From the human T2T-CHM13v2.0 reference genome, Homo sapiens, in assembly GCF_009914755.1 (NCBI RefSeq), contig NC_060947.1: a DNA stretch of 64,000 nucleotides, one strand, 5' to 3'. Made by a program: the position numbers and the translations under genes. Of this stretch, positions 29,444 through 44,995 are shown piece by piece; positions within the stretch are counted from its first letter, which is position 1; the number at the start of each line of letters is the position of its first letter. Below the pieces are notes generated by a model. The model worked only from the letters and a program-made list of their open reading frames with translations. It did no database searches and was not told where the DNA came from.

Positions 29444-31747
29444 TGCGGTAATAACCCACAAACTACACCTGCCTCCACAAATGAGAATCTCCCTGAAAAA
29501 TTATTTACAGATGGTATGTATTCTAATTAAGAAACCAGTGGCTATCAGGAACTCAGTGCTCCATGGGAAATTATAGGAATGATATGTTAGGGCAAAAGGT
29601 TGTGTGCCCGGGTAAGGCCCACAAGTTAAATGAACCTACTAGTCAGTTTACGATTATTATAGGACCTATGGCTAACTCCATTATTCTTTGCTCTATAGCC
29701 AAAATCCTGAATAAGGGGCTCCCTACCTATTGAACTAATTGGAGAGAACATGATGTTGAAGGATTTATCTCCTGTAAGAAGCTGGAATCTTGTTATTACT
29801 ACTTATATAAATGAATTCTAACAGTGTTTCTCATTATAAGATGAGCTTCCTTTCTCCAGAAGGCCTCCAGAGAGAGAAGGGAGGTAGCATGCAAGTAGCA
29901 CCAGCAGTAAAATAAGATTAGAAAAGTGTCTGTTTGGTGCTGACATACATTGACAAAAGCTCTTCATGTGAGGCATGGCTTTAGTAAAGCCAACTCCTTC
30001 ACTGGGAGAATGTGTTAGTCTTAGGTAGTAGCGTCTGGCATACAAATACCAGCACAAATTCCATCCAATAAATATTGGCTCTTACCTCCAGACTAGTAAA
30101 AACCATGTCTGGGTACTATACCTACCGAGATGAACATGACCCCTCAGATTTGAAATGAGACCAGGATAGAAAATACAGCGTTTTCCTACTGGATTCTTGA
30201 TAACCTGAGACAGTGAGTTCAGGCTAGAAAAAAGAAAACTGAGATGATTTATGTAAACATTGTGACAAGACAGTAGCATAGTAAAGTTGCCTGGTAGTAG
30301 CCAGGAAGTGAATGGTTTTCAAGGCACGTAAGAGAAATTTGTTGGAGAAAATTGAGATGATTAATACGTCAATTGATGTTTAAATGCAACCACATTATTT
30401 TAAAGATATTATAGATAAGGCATCTAAAACTCTAGTAAATGGTGAAGGATGGGAGACAGAGTGAACTAGGCAGGTTGGGGCAAGCCATGAGGAATGTTTT
30501 GGAGGAAACATCCTCTCCTTACTATGGTACCACCAGAATTGAACATGGGAAGATGAAAATGAATGAAAGGTCAGTTTGGGAAAGACTTTTAGGAGTACTA
30601 AGGAAATGTCCCTTTTTTCCAAATATAAGCCTATTGCACCCCAAGCATCCCTAACCTTCAGGGACATGTTGGAGTGATAATTTGTGAGGTGAAATTACTC
30701 CATAACTACCATTGGCTGGGGGGAGTGCCTTGATGACCAAAGCTGAAAGGGTGTGGCTTCTCATTGTCCTGAGGATTAGTATATACAAGGAGGGCAGGAC
30801 TCTTGGTGCAGACAACTGGAAGGGTTTAACATAGCTGAGGTGATCAAGAAATTACAAGAGTCCAGTATACTTAGGAGACAATGAGCCACAAGCACCAAAG
30901 GGAGGAATACAATGAGGACCTTCTTTAAACTCAGGTTCAGGAGTGGTGGAAAGATCAGATGATCCTACCCAAGATTTGTCTTTACTTTATTGATTCCCTC
31001 ACCCCGGTATCCTTCCTTTCCTTACCTGGCACAAACCTTATAGCCTCACCCATTCCTATTAAGCCTCCCTTCCCATTTATCCTCTATTCTCTTCCCCCAG
31101 CTTGGTGACATTCCAAGCTCACCTTGTTGCCCTTCCAGTTATAGAAGACACAGAGGAGAGTAAAATTCATGGGAGTTCAGATAACATACCTCCTCACAGA
31201 ACTGCACCTACTTCATAAAATCAGAATGGAGGTAGAAGGGCCAGTACATTTTGACAATTACCACAGACAGAATAGGATCCTGAGACAAATGCAGCTACAC
31301 CCAGGCCCAAGGGATGTTGTGGAACTATACCATTCCAAAAGACGATACCAACATGAAACACAGGTGATAAAGATTAAAATAAAATCAACAAGGTGATAGA
31401 GGCCACTCCTCACAGTAGGTATGTGTGTATCTCTGTCAGTTCTCTGATGATGGGAAGGGAAGTAAAGTAAAGGAAAAGGCAGTTATATGAAAAGAGAGGG
31501 AGGTAAGGCCCTGCAGGATTGAGAGCCAGAGTGACAGATCTACAGGATGACATTTGGGATAAGGACTACTAGGTAAGAACTGAGCACTGAAGACATATGT
31601 CTCTGTCCAACACCCTAACTCACATGCAAGGAGTAAAAAGGTCTTGATATTTATATGGGTTGGGAAAGGGGAACTTGGTATCAGGGTTTAGATTGCCAGA
31701 ACTCAGATGGAAAGAGAGTGTGATTAGTGTGGAGTGGCAGTGACACC

Positions 31748-31807
31748 TCAAAAAGGAGGCAGACAAAGGAATCACCTTCAAAAAGGAGACAGACATAGGA
31801 ATCACCT
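31748..31807. repeat. 30-bp tandem duplication
   Basis: tcaaaaaggaggcagacaaaggaatcacct / tcaaaaaggagacagacataggaatcacct, 2 mismatches. Confidence 0.9.
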
Positions 31808-31866
31808 CCAGCCTACCTCAGCATGATGTTGTTTGCATCTCACCTTATTTTGTAAGCAACTATAAG

Positions 31867-32265
31867 ACCTGCTATATTGTTATTGTTTATTTTTCACCTG
31901 CATGTTGGTAGGAGGTGCTTCTTACAATTTTTGCTTTGCAAACATGTATTCCTTTATTTATCCCACCACTACTATGACCACCAACACTCACTGACTTACC
32001 AAAAGTTGGATAGATAATTGTCTTACTTGTTTTTATTAATCTTAAGTGTAGGTATAGCTCATGTTTATTTTAATATTTAATATAAGAAGTGTTTTTGGTT
32101 TTAGTCAGAAGTTTGGTGATGTTTTTGTGACCAGAAATACGCCATTAAGGACTTAATTATTGTTTGTATCAGTTAGCCTGTGGTAAAATTGTTTTCAGTA
32201 TACTTTATTTTGCTTAAAATTGATGTGTCCCAGAGCCTATCAAGGGTGTTAAGTGAGAATTTATT
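31867..32265 (+). mobile_element. MER6 (TcMar-Tigger) 3' portion
   Basis: 'ggtaggaggtgcttcttacaattt', 'gtttggtgatgtttttgtgaccagaaat' and terminal 'gagcctatcaagggtgttaagtgagaatttatt' match recalled MER6 3' end. Confidence 0.75.
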
Positions 32266-33105
32266 AGAATGGCAAATATAAAAAAAAATAATGCCAAATG
32301 CTGCCAAGGATCCAGAACAGTAGGAACCCTCCTCCATTGCTGTTGGGAATGCAAAATAATAGGATCACTTTGAAAGACATTTCAACAGTTTCCTATACAT
32401 CTAAAATAGTCTTAACCTTATGATCCAGCAATTGCACTCCTAGGTATTTACACTATACAATTGAAAACTTATGTCCCCACAAAAACCTGTGCATGAATGT
32501 TTATAGCAACTTTATTCATAATTGGCAAAAATTAAAAGTAACCTATGTCCTTCAATGGGTTAATAGATAAACAGTGGTACATTCAGACTATGGAATAGTA
32601 TTCAGTGCTAAAAAGAAATTATCTATTAAGCCACAGAAAGACATAGATGGATGGATCTTAAATAAATTTTGCTGAGTGAATAAAGCAATTCTGAAAAGGC
32701 TACATAATGTATGATTCCAACAATATGACATGGTAAAGGCAATACTATAGGAATAGTAAAAAGATAAGTGGTTGTCAGGGAATCAAGGGGATAAGGGAGA
32801 TTTAAATAGGTGAAGCACACAGGAGAATTTTTAGGGAGGTGAAAGTATTCTGTATGATACACTAATGATGCATGCTTGATTTGTGCATTTGTTAAAACCC
32901 ATAGAACTGTACAAAACAGAGGGAACTCTCATGTAAAAGTAAATTATGTGCTTAGCTAATAAGAATGTATAATAAAGTATCAGTTCATTAATTATCATAA
33001 GTGTACCACACTTATACAAGATGTTATTAACAGAGGAAATTGTGGCCAAGGGTATATGGCAACTGTACTGTCTGCATATTTATTCTGGAGTAAATACATT
33101 TTAAG
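32266..33105 (+). mobile_element. L1MC/L1MD-type 3' fragment
   Basis: 'tgatccagcaattgcactcctaggtattta', 'tgtccccacaaaaacctgt', 'aaaacccatagaactgtacaa'. Confidence 0.8.
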
Positions 33106-35191
33106 AACTCAACAGATATTTCAAAGAAAAAACAAGATTACCAAGATTACCAAGCTTATAGTTTTTCTCTACATGATGAAGAAAATGCAATTTTATCATG
33201 AGGCTATTATGACCACAAAATCATGATATAACTTCAGATGTAAGCATTGAAATGTGAGGAAAAAAATTGTTTTGTGATGGAATTAATAACTTGGAGAAAG
33301 TGCTCAAGGTTTCATGTATCTTGCAGACCGGAGCTAGGTAGCCTATCTTATTTTTTGTCTAATTTAGAATTCTATCTGTTTGTTTGTTTTTTCTTAATAT
33401 GGGGTGTGATAGGTATAATTGCAACAGTTAACAGAGCAAATTGTCAGTTTGGCTTCCACTGATATTGGTCCCAGCTATTTCTGTCATTTTTCCTCCCTGG
33501 CCTCCAGATTCGGCTATAAAATGAGGCAGTTGCTTTAGATAATCTTTAGGAGTCCTTCTAACCCTAATATTCCTGAGTTCTAAAACTGATAGACCTCAAT
33601 ACTTTATTTTCTGCAAAAGAAATTAACTTCCTGAACTCCTAGGAAAACACACAGAAAGCAGAAAAAAGACAATTGCGTAATTGTGATTGAGGTTATTTCC
33701 TCAAGATTTCCTGGTAACATGAATACTTCAAACTAAATTGTTTATTTAAAAACTGTAATGGAAACCCAACTAAAGTTAATACTGAATTAACTTTTATTTT
33801 GAAATTGTTTTTAGCTCCAGGAGAAATAAAATGACGGAAAAACTCATAGGAGAGTTTTAATTTTATGAAAATAAAAAATAAATATATTGTATTTTAATTT
33901 TATATATTGTATTTTTATTTTCACTCCAAAACATCATGTTATTGCCATTCCCACCTATAATCTTGGTAATGTGACAAAAAAAATCGCTTTCAAGTGATCT
34001 TGAAATTCAGGACAATTTTTGAACTTTAAAGAAAGATTTAATTATGTTCACTTGACTCTATATGACAGAAAAACGTATCAAGCAGGTTTTTAGCATCTAA
34101 AATTAAAGAAATAGGCTTTATATTTAAAATACTATTTCCTGCAACTTGAAGTTATTTCAATTTTTTTTTGTATTTTAAAATTTATCCCACCATTTGAATA
34201 GCTTTGACGACCCCCGAAGAGGTCTTTTTGACATGAATTTTGTTTGAGCAATTTTGTTCTAATTTAAGTTAAAGCACATTAGAAAATCTCAGGTACATAA
34301 CTTCTGGATCATGTGCTAGGGCATGCCCAAGTGAAAAAAGATGCCTATTTGAGATAACTTGTCTTAATGACATATACAGTTTGTGTTTACTACTACCATG
34401 ATTGTGAGCTAGATATATACATTTTAAGGAGTCTTTCATTTCCTATGCTCAGCCTTTTAAGATAAGTTCATAAATGGGCATCCCAGAAATGTCAAGGATG
34501 CTTTATAGTCTCTCCTAATTTCCTGTTCTGAAATTGATTTCTGTAAGTACTTTTGATACCTGTACTCATGAAAGCAAAAAATTAAATGGGAAACTAGATT
34601 TGCCATCTAATGAACTGCAAGCACCTTTAAGAAAGCACTGCTGACCTTCACTAAGATCATGTGGGAACATTTTCTGATAGAGTAAGGAGCTCTGTAATTC
34701 AGTTACCTTGTGATTTAATTCTGCTCTGATAAGCAGAAATTGCTAAACACTATCAAATTTTGCCAATGTCATTATGTTGGGGACTGTTCATCTCCTGGGA
34801 CAGATCTGAGACTAGTGGGAACTAGTTACTTATTTCAGTTGGGGGGAACATGGTATTAATTGTTCATGAAGCTAAGGTTGAAGGTTTTCTTCAACCTACA
34901 TTTGCTGATTGTCATGTGAGGAAAAAAATCTGTTGAAGAGACAACTGAACACTTCACTTCCTGCACCAAATGTCTTTTAGATTTAGGGACACTAAATAGG
35001 GCATGAATGTCTCCCTGAAAACACATCTTTGCTAATTCAATATTCAAAGCACATTTTTATCTTTGATCATTAAGAGAAAACATCTACAGCTGTGATGCTT
35101 ATCTATAAGCAATAAACAACTAGGGTCACATTCCTTTGTTTGTCACCAAGAGTCACCAGGAACCTTAAGCTGTAATTACCCGTTTGCAGGA

Positions 35192-35336
35192 CAGGGAATA
35201 GACCAAGGTGAGTTAGGTGCATAGGGCACAAATCATAAGAAAACACTCATTCTCAGAGCTGTGGCTCCTTTAAATGAGTGCTTCCTAAATTTTATTTCTT
35301 AGGTACTTCACTATCCTCATCCTAATCCTGGTGCTG
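35192..35336. mobile_element. MER96-like palindromic hAT MITE
   Basis: Imperfect hairpin cagg...aaggtgag...gggcacaaa...cactcatt / aatgagtg...aaatttt...ctcatcctaatcctggtgctg. Confidence 0.6.
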
Positions 35337-35844
35337 TGCAATAGCCACATAACTATAAAACTGATCATATAGATTTGGATTTAAAGCAAACTAAGAATCT
35401 GATTTGTTTATGGAACATCAAAATGTTTTGAAAAATACTGTAATAATTTAATGTTCTATAAAAACTTAAAAATTTTAAAAAGCGAAACAAACCCTAAAAA
35501 GCCCAGTTGGACCAGTTCTGCCTATAACCATGCATACATTTGCTAAAACTATTGGAATTGAACAATACCAGAGCATGAAAATATTATTTAAGCCAAAAGA
35601 AAACTAAATTATAATTGTACTTTGGTTTGAATTCCTAATTTCCTTTTGATTGTTTATCTGTTGTATACATGGAAATAAACATGCAGCTGTATGAATGGAT
35701 CTGCCTTGAATCAGTGGATTCCCCTGCTATAAAACTCACATCATTCTGTACCCTAGAACCCAGGTTTGAGTGCTGGGGACTGCCCTTTGTTTGAAAAAAT
35801 AAATGAATAAATAAATACATATTATTTATTAAACAATATAATAA

Positions 35845-36010
35845 TACAGTAACCTTGGTGAATTTATTTAGCTTATGTAAATCTTGGTTTCTTCATCTGA
35901 AAAATGACTAACAGCTATACCATAGGTGTATTGGGGAATTAATGAGATAGCAAATGTAAAGCAACTACTGTGGAGTCTGAAAAATGGTAATTTCTCAAAA
36001 TATTTTAATT
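35845..36010 (+). mobile_element. MIR fragment
   Basis: 'accttggtgaatttattta...tcttggtttcttcatctgaaaaatg...aatgagatagcaaatgtaaagca'. Confidence 0.6.
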
Positions 36011-36785
36011 ATCATAATAAATGATGCTAGTGATTTGTGAGATGTGGTATTGGGAATGTCACTAATGGATGAGATCCCTCAAACTAGAGTTTTTACCTTA
36101 GAAACGCACTGCAGGACAGCAGACGATGGTCAGTAGTATTTTTTCACTTGTATCCAAGTTTACTTTTACATCACTTTCAAAAGCCCCTGTGCAAACTGAT
36201 TTTTTTTTTCAAGATGACTGTCAACACATACCGTTCAGAAGGAGAAGGAGAAGGCCCTTAGGAAAAGAATGATAAAGAAAAGCAGGTTCCAGGGAGAGAT
36301 TTTTCTTTTATCTTTCACAACAATCTATTATAGAGAGACTTCTGTGTTGGTAAAGCACATACACTTTTAATAGTTTTCTCTGAAATAAGCATTATTCATT
36401 AACTTTGGTATCAAACAGCAAGAAGAATACATTTCATCACTTCTATTGTCAGGCTAAGAGTGGTCACTATTGATTGGTGTTACTCATTCTCTTGTATATC
36501 ATATACTTCTGCTATAAAGCCCTCTCCACAGGACTTGGAGCTTGATGATTCTATTGATTTCATTCAACTGACTAGTTTCCTGCTCTAATTTTGGTTACCT
36601 CTGTGACTTTATAGAACTTACAACCTTTTATACTTTCCCTGATTAGAATGCAATATGTTTTTGCAACAATGGCAAGTTGCAGTGGTGTATATTACTGATT
36701 TTAGTTAATGAAAAAATTGTTACTCTCCTTTCTTTCAATGGGCTATTGCCAGAATTTTGTAGCTGTAGGCCTATGTTTCTTTATG

Positions 36786-36840
36786 AAGATTCCCAGTACT
36801 TTAAGTACTTTAAGATTCCCAGTACTTTAAGTACTTTAAG
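36786..36840. repeat. Perfect 26-bp tandem duplication
   Basis: aagattcccagtactttaagtacttt x2 plus aag. Confidence 0.95.
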
Positions 36841-37799
36841 TGGTTGAGGAAGCATATAATGTTACAGCAAAAATATTTATTAAAAATATTTATCAACATT
36901 GTCCCAAGGATTATGCTTATGAACTAAGCAGATTTGCCAGTAATACTGTTGAGAAAGCAGACTCCATTTGATGAATAAGCAATTCCCTTGTAGGTTCTGT
37001 TCTATGATTTATGTGCTTTTGCAGTTTCCAGGTATGTGATAAACAATAAGTAGTACTTATTTAATTGCATCACAGTATCAATCCTTTTTTCCCTAATTGA
37101 GTGGATGCAGAGAAAAAAATAAGTATGTGACTTTCCCAAGATAATGTTTTTAGATCAGTGTTTCTGAAAATGTAATTTGTGGATCACCTACGTTCAAAAA
37201 GTGAAAGTAAGTTACTTTTCCTAGTTGATAGTTCTGTCCAGTGCCAGCTCTAAGGACGATTAAGTCATCAGTGTTCCTTTAATGCTGTCTTACTACCCCT
37301 TTACTTCTTTTCACTTTTTATATGCCCAGCACCCAGGACTTGTTCCTCAGTTGCCCAAAGGTCTTCTTTTTTCATGCAATGCTCTGCACTTTCGTGCCCC
37401 AAACTTTCATCATCAAAACATTCTTTTCTAGTATTCTATTGTCTCAGAGAACTAACGGAGTTTATGTCCTTATGAACTGGGCAAACATGGGCCATGATTT
37501 AAGATGGGATAATAGGATTTCTCCCAAGTACTTTAAGATCAACATTGTTGGTCCAGCAGCATGTGTTATACTAGGAGTTGTTTAAGAAAGTGTTAGAATA
37601 TGGATTTACTATCTCAACATTATTCGTTCTTCGGGAGAGTAACAAGAGACTTATGATGTATATGTATCCAGGGCAGGTGGAAATAGAGGAGTAAGGGTAT
37701 AAAAAATACTTATGCCAACATTATTCTTCCGAACGTTCACTAAAAACATGACAAAGTCATTTGTTCTCAGAGATAATGATGGCACAGTGATATGCCACA

Positions 37800-37980
37800 A
37801 AACAGGATTAAAAGCTGCTTGGAACTGTTAATGGGATTAGGGTCTTTTTTGGAGGGAACAAAAATGTTCTAAAATTAGTTGTGTTGCAACAATCCTGTGA
37901 ATATATTAAAAATCATTGACTACATACAATGGAGGAATTGTATGGTATGTAGATTAAATCTCAACAAAGCTGTTTAAAAG
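37800..37980 (+). mobile_element. Old L1 (L1ME/MB) extreme 3' end
   Basis: 'aaatgttctaaaattag...tgtgaatatattaaaaatcattga...tctcaacaaagctgtttaaaa'. Confidence 0.65.
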
Positions 37981-37990
37981 ATGTGTTGTG

Positions 37991-39870
<1,880 letters not shown>

Positions 39871-39924
39871 TATATGTATTATGTTTACATAACAGAAATA
39901 TTGATGCTTACTTTAAAAAGCTAT

Positions 39925-40165
39925 AGGTTTATAGTGTAAGTTCTAGCTTGGGTTTTAGAATCAGACTGACCTGGGTTAGAATCTTAGACTCATCACTTAC
40001 TTAATAGCTATATGATCTTAGGCATGATACTTACATCCTCTGAGCTTTATTTTCTTCACTTGTAAAATGAAGATAATATTTTACTATGGCCATTTTGAGG
40101 ACTGCATGGACATCATGTATCTAAGGTGCTAAGCAGGATGCTCAGCACAATTATTATATATTAAT
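39925..40165 (+). mobile_element. MIR
   Basis: 'tcagactgacctgggttagaatctt...tgatcttaggca...ctctgagctttattttcttcacttgtaaaatg'. Confidence 0.75.
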
Positions 40166-40559
40166 ATATTCTTTTTCTAACGTGCCTCTCTTCATTTTTT
40201 GAAGATAACTAAATTCCATTATTGCCATTTTAATTGCACAGATAGAAAAACAGCAAATTAATTGTAGAATCAGATAAAATACACGAAACTTCTTGTATTT
40301 CTCATTAGATTTTCCATCTATAAAATATAATTACCTAGCAGAGGTGGTATAAGGATTAGTATAAATTAAATTTCTCCAGTAAATGGCATTACATCATGTT
40401 TGGCATGTAGGTGGTAACCAGTAAATGCCAGTTCATTTCTTTATGCAGCCCTGAATAATGCCAAATCATGCTTAGCATGTAATAATGGTTTCAAAAAGGC
40501 TCTCAGGTAAAAATTAACAAAGATATTTCATTAAAAGTATTGGAAACCAGGCACATTAA

Positions 40560-40880
40560 TTCAGTCATTTACTTGTTCATTCCTGTGATAAATACTTATT
40601 CAGTGCCTAGTATGTGTTAAAAATCATGTCAAATGCTGGAGATAATGAGGAATAAGACAGACATAGCCACCTTCAGCCCAGCTTCTATTTAATACCTTTA
40701 GAAAAATTCTTATGAATAATAGTAATTACTACTATGGAAAAAAAAACAGAGGATGGCCTGGAAATCTAGTGGAGGATCCCCTAAGACACTGAGAAAAATA
40801 GAGTTGGGAAGGCCTAAAAAGCATTCCCAAGAAAAAAATGTGGCATCCAAGCTAGAACCCATGTTCAAGATACAGGAAAA
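40560..40880 (-). mobile_element. L2 fragment
   Basis: 'ttcattc...aaatacttattcagtgcctagtatgtg...tgctggagataatgaggaataagacagac'. Confidence 0.55.
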
Positions 40881-41381
40881 ATGGTAATTTGTTTTTACCA
40901 ATGCCATTCTTTGGTAAAGTGCAAGTGCCTGCTCAACATTTGAAGGTATTCCTTATTTCTGACTGTTTTTCAGGAGTCCAGTGTCTGGCTGTGCTATAAT
41001 GATCTAGTGACAAAATGTTCTCTAGGACTGCCTTGAAACAAAAATTGTTTGGAAAATAATGTTGATGAAATTGCCTTTGGAGTTTGGGATACTGTAAAAT
41101 GAATTATGTTTTGCATCTAATCTGTGCACAATCAGTGTAATTCTCCCAGGAGCTTAATCAGTATCTTCTTTTTATTTTTCATGTTGAGTTCTGCAGAAAC
41201 AAACCTGTAAAGATAGGGGAAAGATGTTTTAAAATTTTACCAGATCTAGTCATAACAGACAGTACAGAGGAATTCAGATATTTTATCTGTGGCCTGTCTG
41301 TCGTGTGTATCTTGTGGGATAAATGGGCAGGACAGATAACCACACCTTTTATCAGGATAATTTATTTAAAAACAACCTGTA

Positions 41382-42382
41382 TATAAAAGTAGACACATAG
41401 ATCAATGGATCAGAACAGAAAACCCAAAAATAAAGCCATATACCTGTAGCCAACTCAAAAGTTGACAAGAATATACACTAGAGAAAGGACACATCATTTA
41501 ATAAAGGGTGCTGGGAAAATTGGATAGCCATATGCAGAAGAATGAAACTACACCCCTGTCTATCACCATGTACAGAAATTAATTCAAGATGGATTAATAT
41601 GTTAAATGTAAGACCTGAAACTATAAAAATCCTAGAAGAAACATTAGGAAAAACTCTTTTGGACATTGATGTAGGCAAATAATTTATGTCTACATTCTCA
41701 AAAGGTAACACAACAAAAACAAAAATAGAAAAATGGGACTTAATTAAAGAGCTTCTGCAGAGCAAAAGAAATAATAAACAGAGTAAACAGACAATCTGTG
41801 GAATAGGAGGAAATATTTGCAAACAATGCATCTGACAAAGGTCTAACATAGAGAATCTACAAAGAATTCAAATAACTCAAGAAAAAAACAAATAACTCCA
41901 TTAAAAAATCGGTAAAAGACATGAACAGATATTTTTCAAAAGAAGACATGCATGTGGCCAACACAGATGAAAAACTGCTCAACATCACTAATTATCAGAG
42001 AAATACAAATTAAAGCCATAATGAGATGCCGTCTTATACCAATCAGAATGGCTATTACTAAAAAGTAAAAAATAAATAAAAAATAAAAATAAAAAAACAG
42101 ATGTTGGCAAGGACATGGAGAAAAGGGAATGCTTATACACAGTTGGTGGGAATGTAAATTAGTACAACCTCTATGGCAAACAGTATGCAGTTTTTTCAAA
42201 TAACTAAAAATAGAACTATCCTTCCCTTCAGTAATCCCACTATTGGGTATCTACCCAAAGGAAAAGAAATCATTTTATTAGGAAGACACTTGCACTGGTA
42301 TGTTTATTGCAGCTCTATTCACAGTAGCAAAGTCATGGAATCAATCTAAGTGTCCATCAGGAGCTAACTGGATTGAAAATGG

Positions 42383-42426
<44 letters not shown>

Positions 42427-42810
42427 TCACACACACACACATCTTGGAATACTACTCAGCCATAAAAAATGAAATCATGTCTTTTGCAGCAACATGGATG
42501 AAACTGGAGTCCATTATCATTAGTGAAATGCATCAGAAACAAAAAGTAAAAAAGTAAAGGACAACATGTTCTCACTTAAGCAGGAGCTAAACAATGGGTA
42601 CACAGAAACATACAAACATACAAAATGCAATAATAGACATTGAAGACTCCAAAAGGTGGGAGGGTGTGAGGGGGATGAAAGATTTGGGTATGATGTACAC
42701 TCTTTGGGTGATGGGTATACTGAAAGCCCAGACTTCACCACTACACAGTATATCCACATGACACAACTATATTTGTAACACTAAAGCTATTTTAAAATTT
42801 TTTTTAAAAA
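41382..42810 (+). mobile_element. 5'-truncated L1PB (L1PB3/4-like)
   Basis: ORF2 C-terminus remnant plus 3'UTR 'gggtgatgggtatactgaaagcccagacttcaccactacacagtatatcca'. Confidence 0.88.
42386..42441. repeat. (TA)n/(CA)n compound microsatellite within L1PB
   Basis: ~19 TA units followed by a short CA run. Confidence 0.95.
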
Positions 42811-42814
42811 AGAA

Positions 42815-43105
42815 AACATTATGCTAAATGAAAGAAGTGAGTCACAATAGACCACATATTGTGTGATTTCAATTACACAGAATATCCAGAATAGGCAAAT
42901 CTGTTGCTTACAGCTGGGCATGGGGGTAGAATGAAAATTGGATTTCTAATGAGGTTGCTTTTAGGGGTGATAATTTTCTAAAATTAGATAGTGGTTATGA
43001 ATGCACAACTCTGTAAAGATACTAAAATCCCTTAAATTGCACACTTTTAAATTAGGGACTTTTGTGTTATGTGAATTATATCTACATAAAGCTATTAATA
43101 AAAAG
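42815..43105 (+). mobile_element. Older L1 (L1MB7/8 or L1ME1-like) 3'-end fragment, probably transduced
   Basis: 'aacattatgctaaatgaaagaag...gaataggcaaatc...tgcacaactctgtaaagatactaaaa...tgtgaattatatct'. Confidence 0.75.
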
Positions 43106-44227
43106 AATTACTTGATTTAGAAAAAAATAAAAATTAAAAATTAAAAAAATAAAAACAACCTATAACTAAGCCGATGTAAACATGACAAAATGGACTGAAA
43201 TGTAGTCAGAACAATGGAATATAGCTCTGCTTATAAAAACTTAGTGAGGTCTTTCTGGTGTCTCCTGGCTAGCTTAAGATTTGTTGGAAGGTTCCATTAT
43301 AAAATTAAGGTAAATACAATTGTAAAATTATGACATGCAAGGTGATATTCTTTGGATACTGTGCAAAATGACTAACAGATATTTGAACAAAAAAGGTTTT
43401 TAATTATTTATTTTTGCTATAGCCTCTTTCTGGATTCTTGCCTCCTTTGTGTGCAGTTAACTTCTTTTCTTTCCCTCTTTTTAAAAAATTTCTTTTTTTG
43501 CGGGGGAGGGGCAGAGGATATCACAAACAGAACTAAATAATAAAAACAAAAAATCCAGGTGCTATGACTTTTTCTGGGTCGTCGGCATGGTACATTATTC
43601 TTACCATAGCTTAAAATTATCAGATGCCAGAGTGGTATCTGTCTTATGTGATTTGAGGTGTAACACCTGATAAGTTCAGTTTTAAATAGAGTTAGAACTA
43701 ATGCAATTTTAGAATCCAAATTTACCTTACCCTACATTAAGAGAATTTGGCATATTTAAGAAAACTTGTTCCTTTTACCAACACCTAAGAATGTTAAATG
43801 TGAGAATAATTCTTGGTCTTTCAAATAAAAAATCTGTTTTAGAATTGGTCTAGGAAAGAAACATGAATATAGTTCATGGATATATTCTGGGCTTTGAAAT
43901 TCTTTTGTATAACTTGTGATCAATATATTATAGCAGAAGCATAAAAATATTTATTTAAAAAATGTTATCATTTGGCTATAAAGTCTGAACTCTAACCTGC
44001 CTAGAGTTATGTAGACTAGAAGCCCTGCTATAATTATACTTACCTGGAATTAAATTAAACACTTACCAGGTGATCCAATGGACAATTCCAAAATGTGTAA
44101 GATAGTAAGCCTCAAACTGTGTGGAAACTCAACTCTCTACCATGTTGGTATTGCCAGAATTCCTAGAGATTAAATCACGTTGCTTTAGAGAGGAAACCTG
44201 CCACTAGTTATCTATTGATTTCATTTT

Positions 44228-44229
<2 letters not shown>

Positions 44230-44282
<53 letters not shown>
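44230..44282. repeat. (TG)26 microsatellite
   Basis: Uninterrupted TG run. Confidence 0.98.
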
Positions 44283-44285
<3 letters not shown>

Positions 44286-44995
44286 GCTACCGATGCTCCC
44301 TTTCCAAAATGTAAACCAATTTTATATTTTATCTAGTTTGCTTTTTCTCTTATAACTTTCGTTTGCCATTTTTCTTCTGTACACTACACTTGTGTTTGGA
44401 TGATGGTTGTAACATAACCAAGGCCATTAAGCTGTTGACATTGCACTGGAATCAGCTTTCTGAATGTAAATTATATTACATAGACCAAAAAATAAATGAA
44501 AAAAAAATTCTTTTGAATGAAAAGAAGTTACAGAATGTTGACAAAATGTAACTAATTTTGCATATACTTGTAATGATTGCTTTTTGCAATTCAAAATATC
44601 CCGTGCTATTAAATTTGTGTTTGTTAAAGTAAATCTATTTTCCTCAGATGAAATGCTTCACATTCAATTATATCAAAATTTCTCATCTATGACTCTTGAT
44701 TTCAGACTTCACCATTTGTGCAACTATTAAGTTTGAGACAATTTAAAATGGAAATGTTTTTGAATTTTGGTAATTAAGGCAGAGGATGGTCACTATAAGC
44801 AAATAAAAAAACAATTATAAATGTCTTAGGCTTTTCAGAAAATATTGGTGTTAGGACTAGAACTCTGTTGAGATAAATTGGCTGTTTTTGTTTTTTCATT
44901 TTTGTTCTTTTTGTATATTTTTTAAAAAAATCCCACTTGCCTTAGTGAGATGCAATGTGGGAGTATAAAGCAGAGAACTTAACTGTGCTGTAGTC

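Noticed and set aside
37516-37540. Partial echo (cccaagtactttaagat) of the 36786 tandem unit
   Set aside because: Too short and AT-rich to separate from chance.
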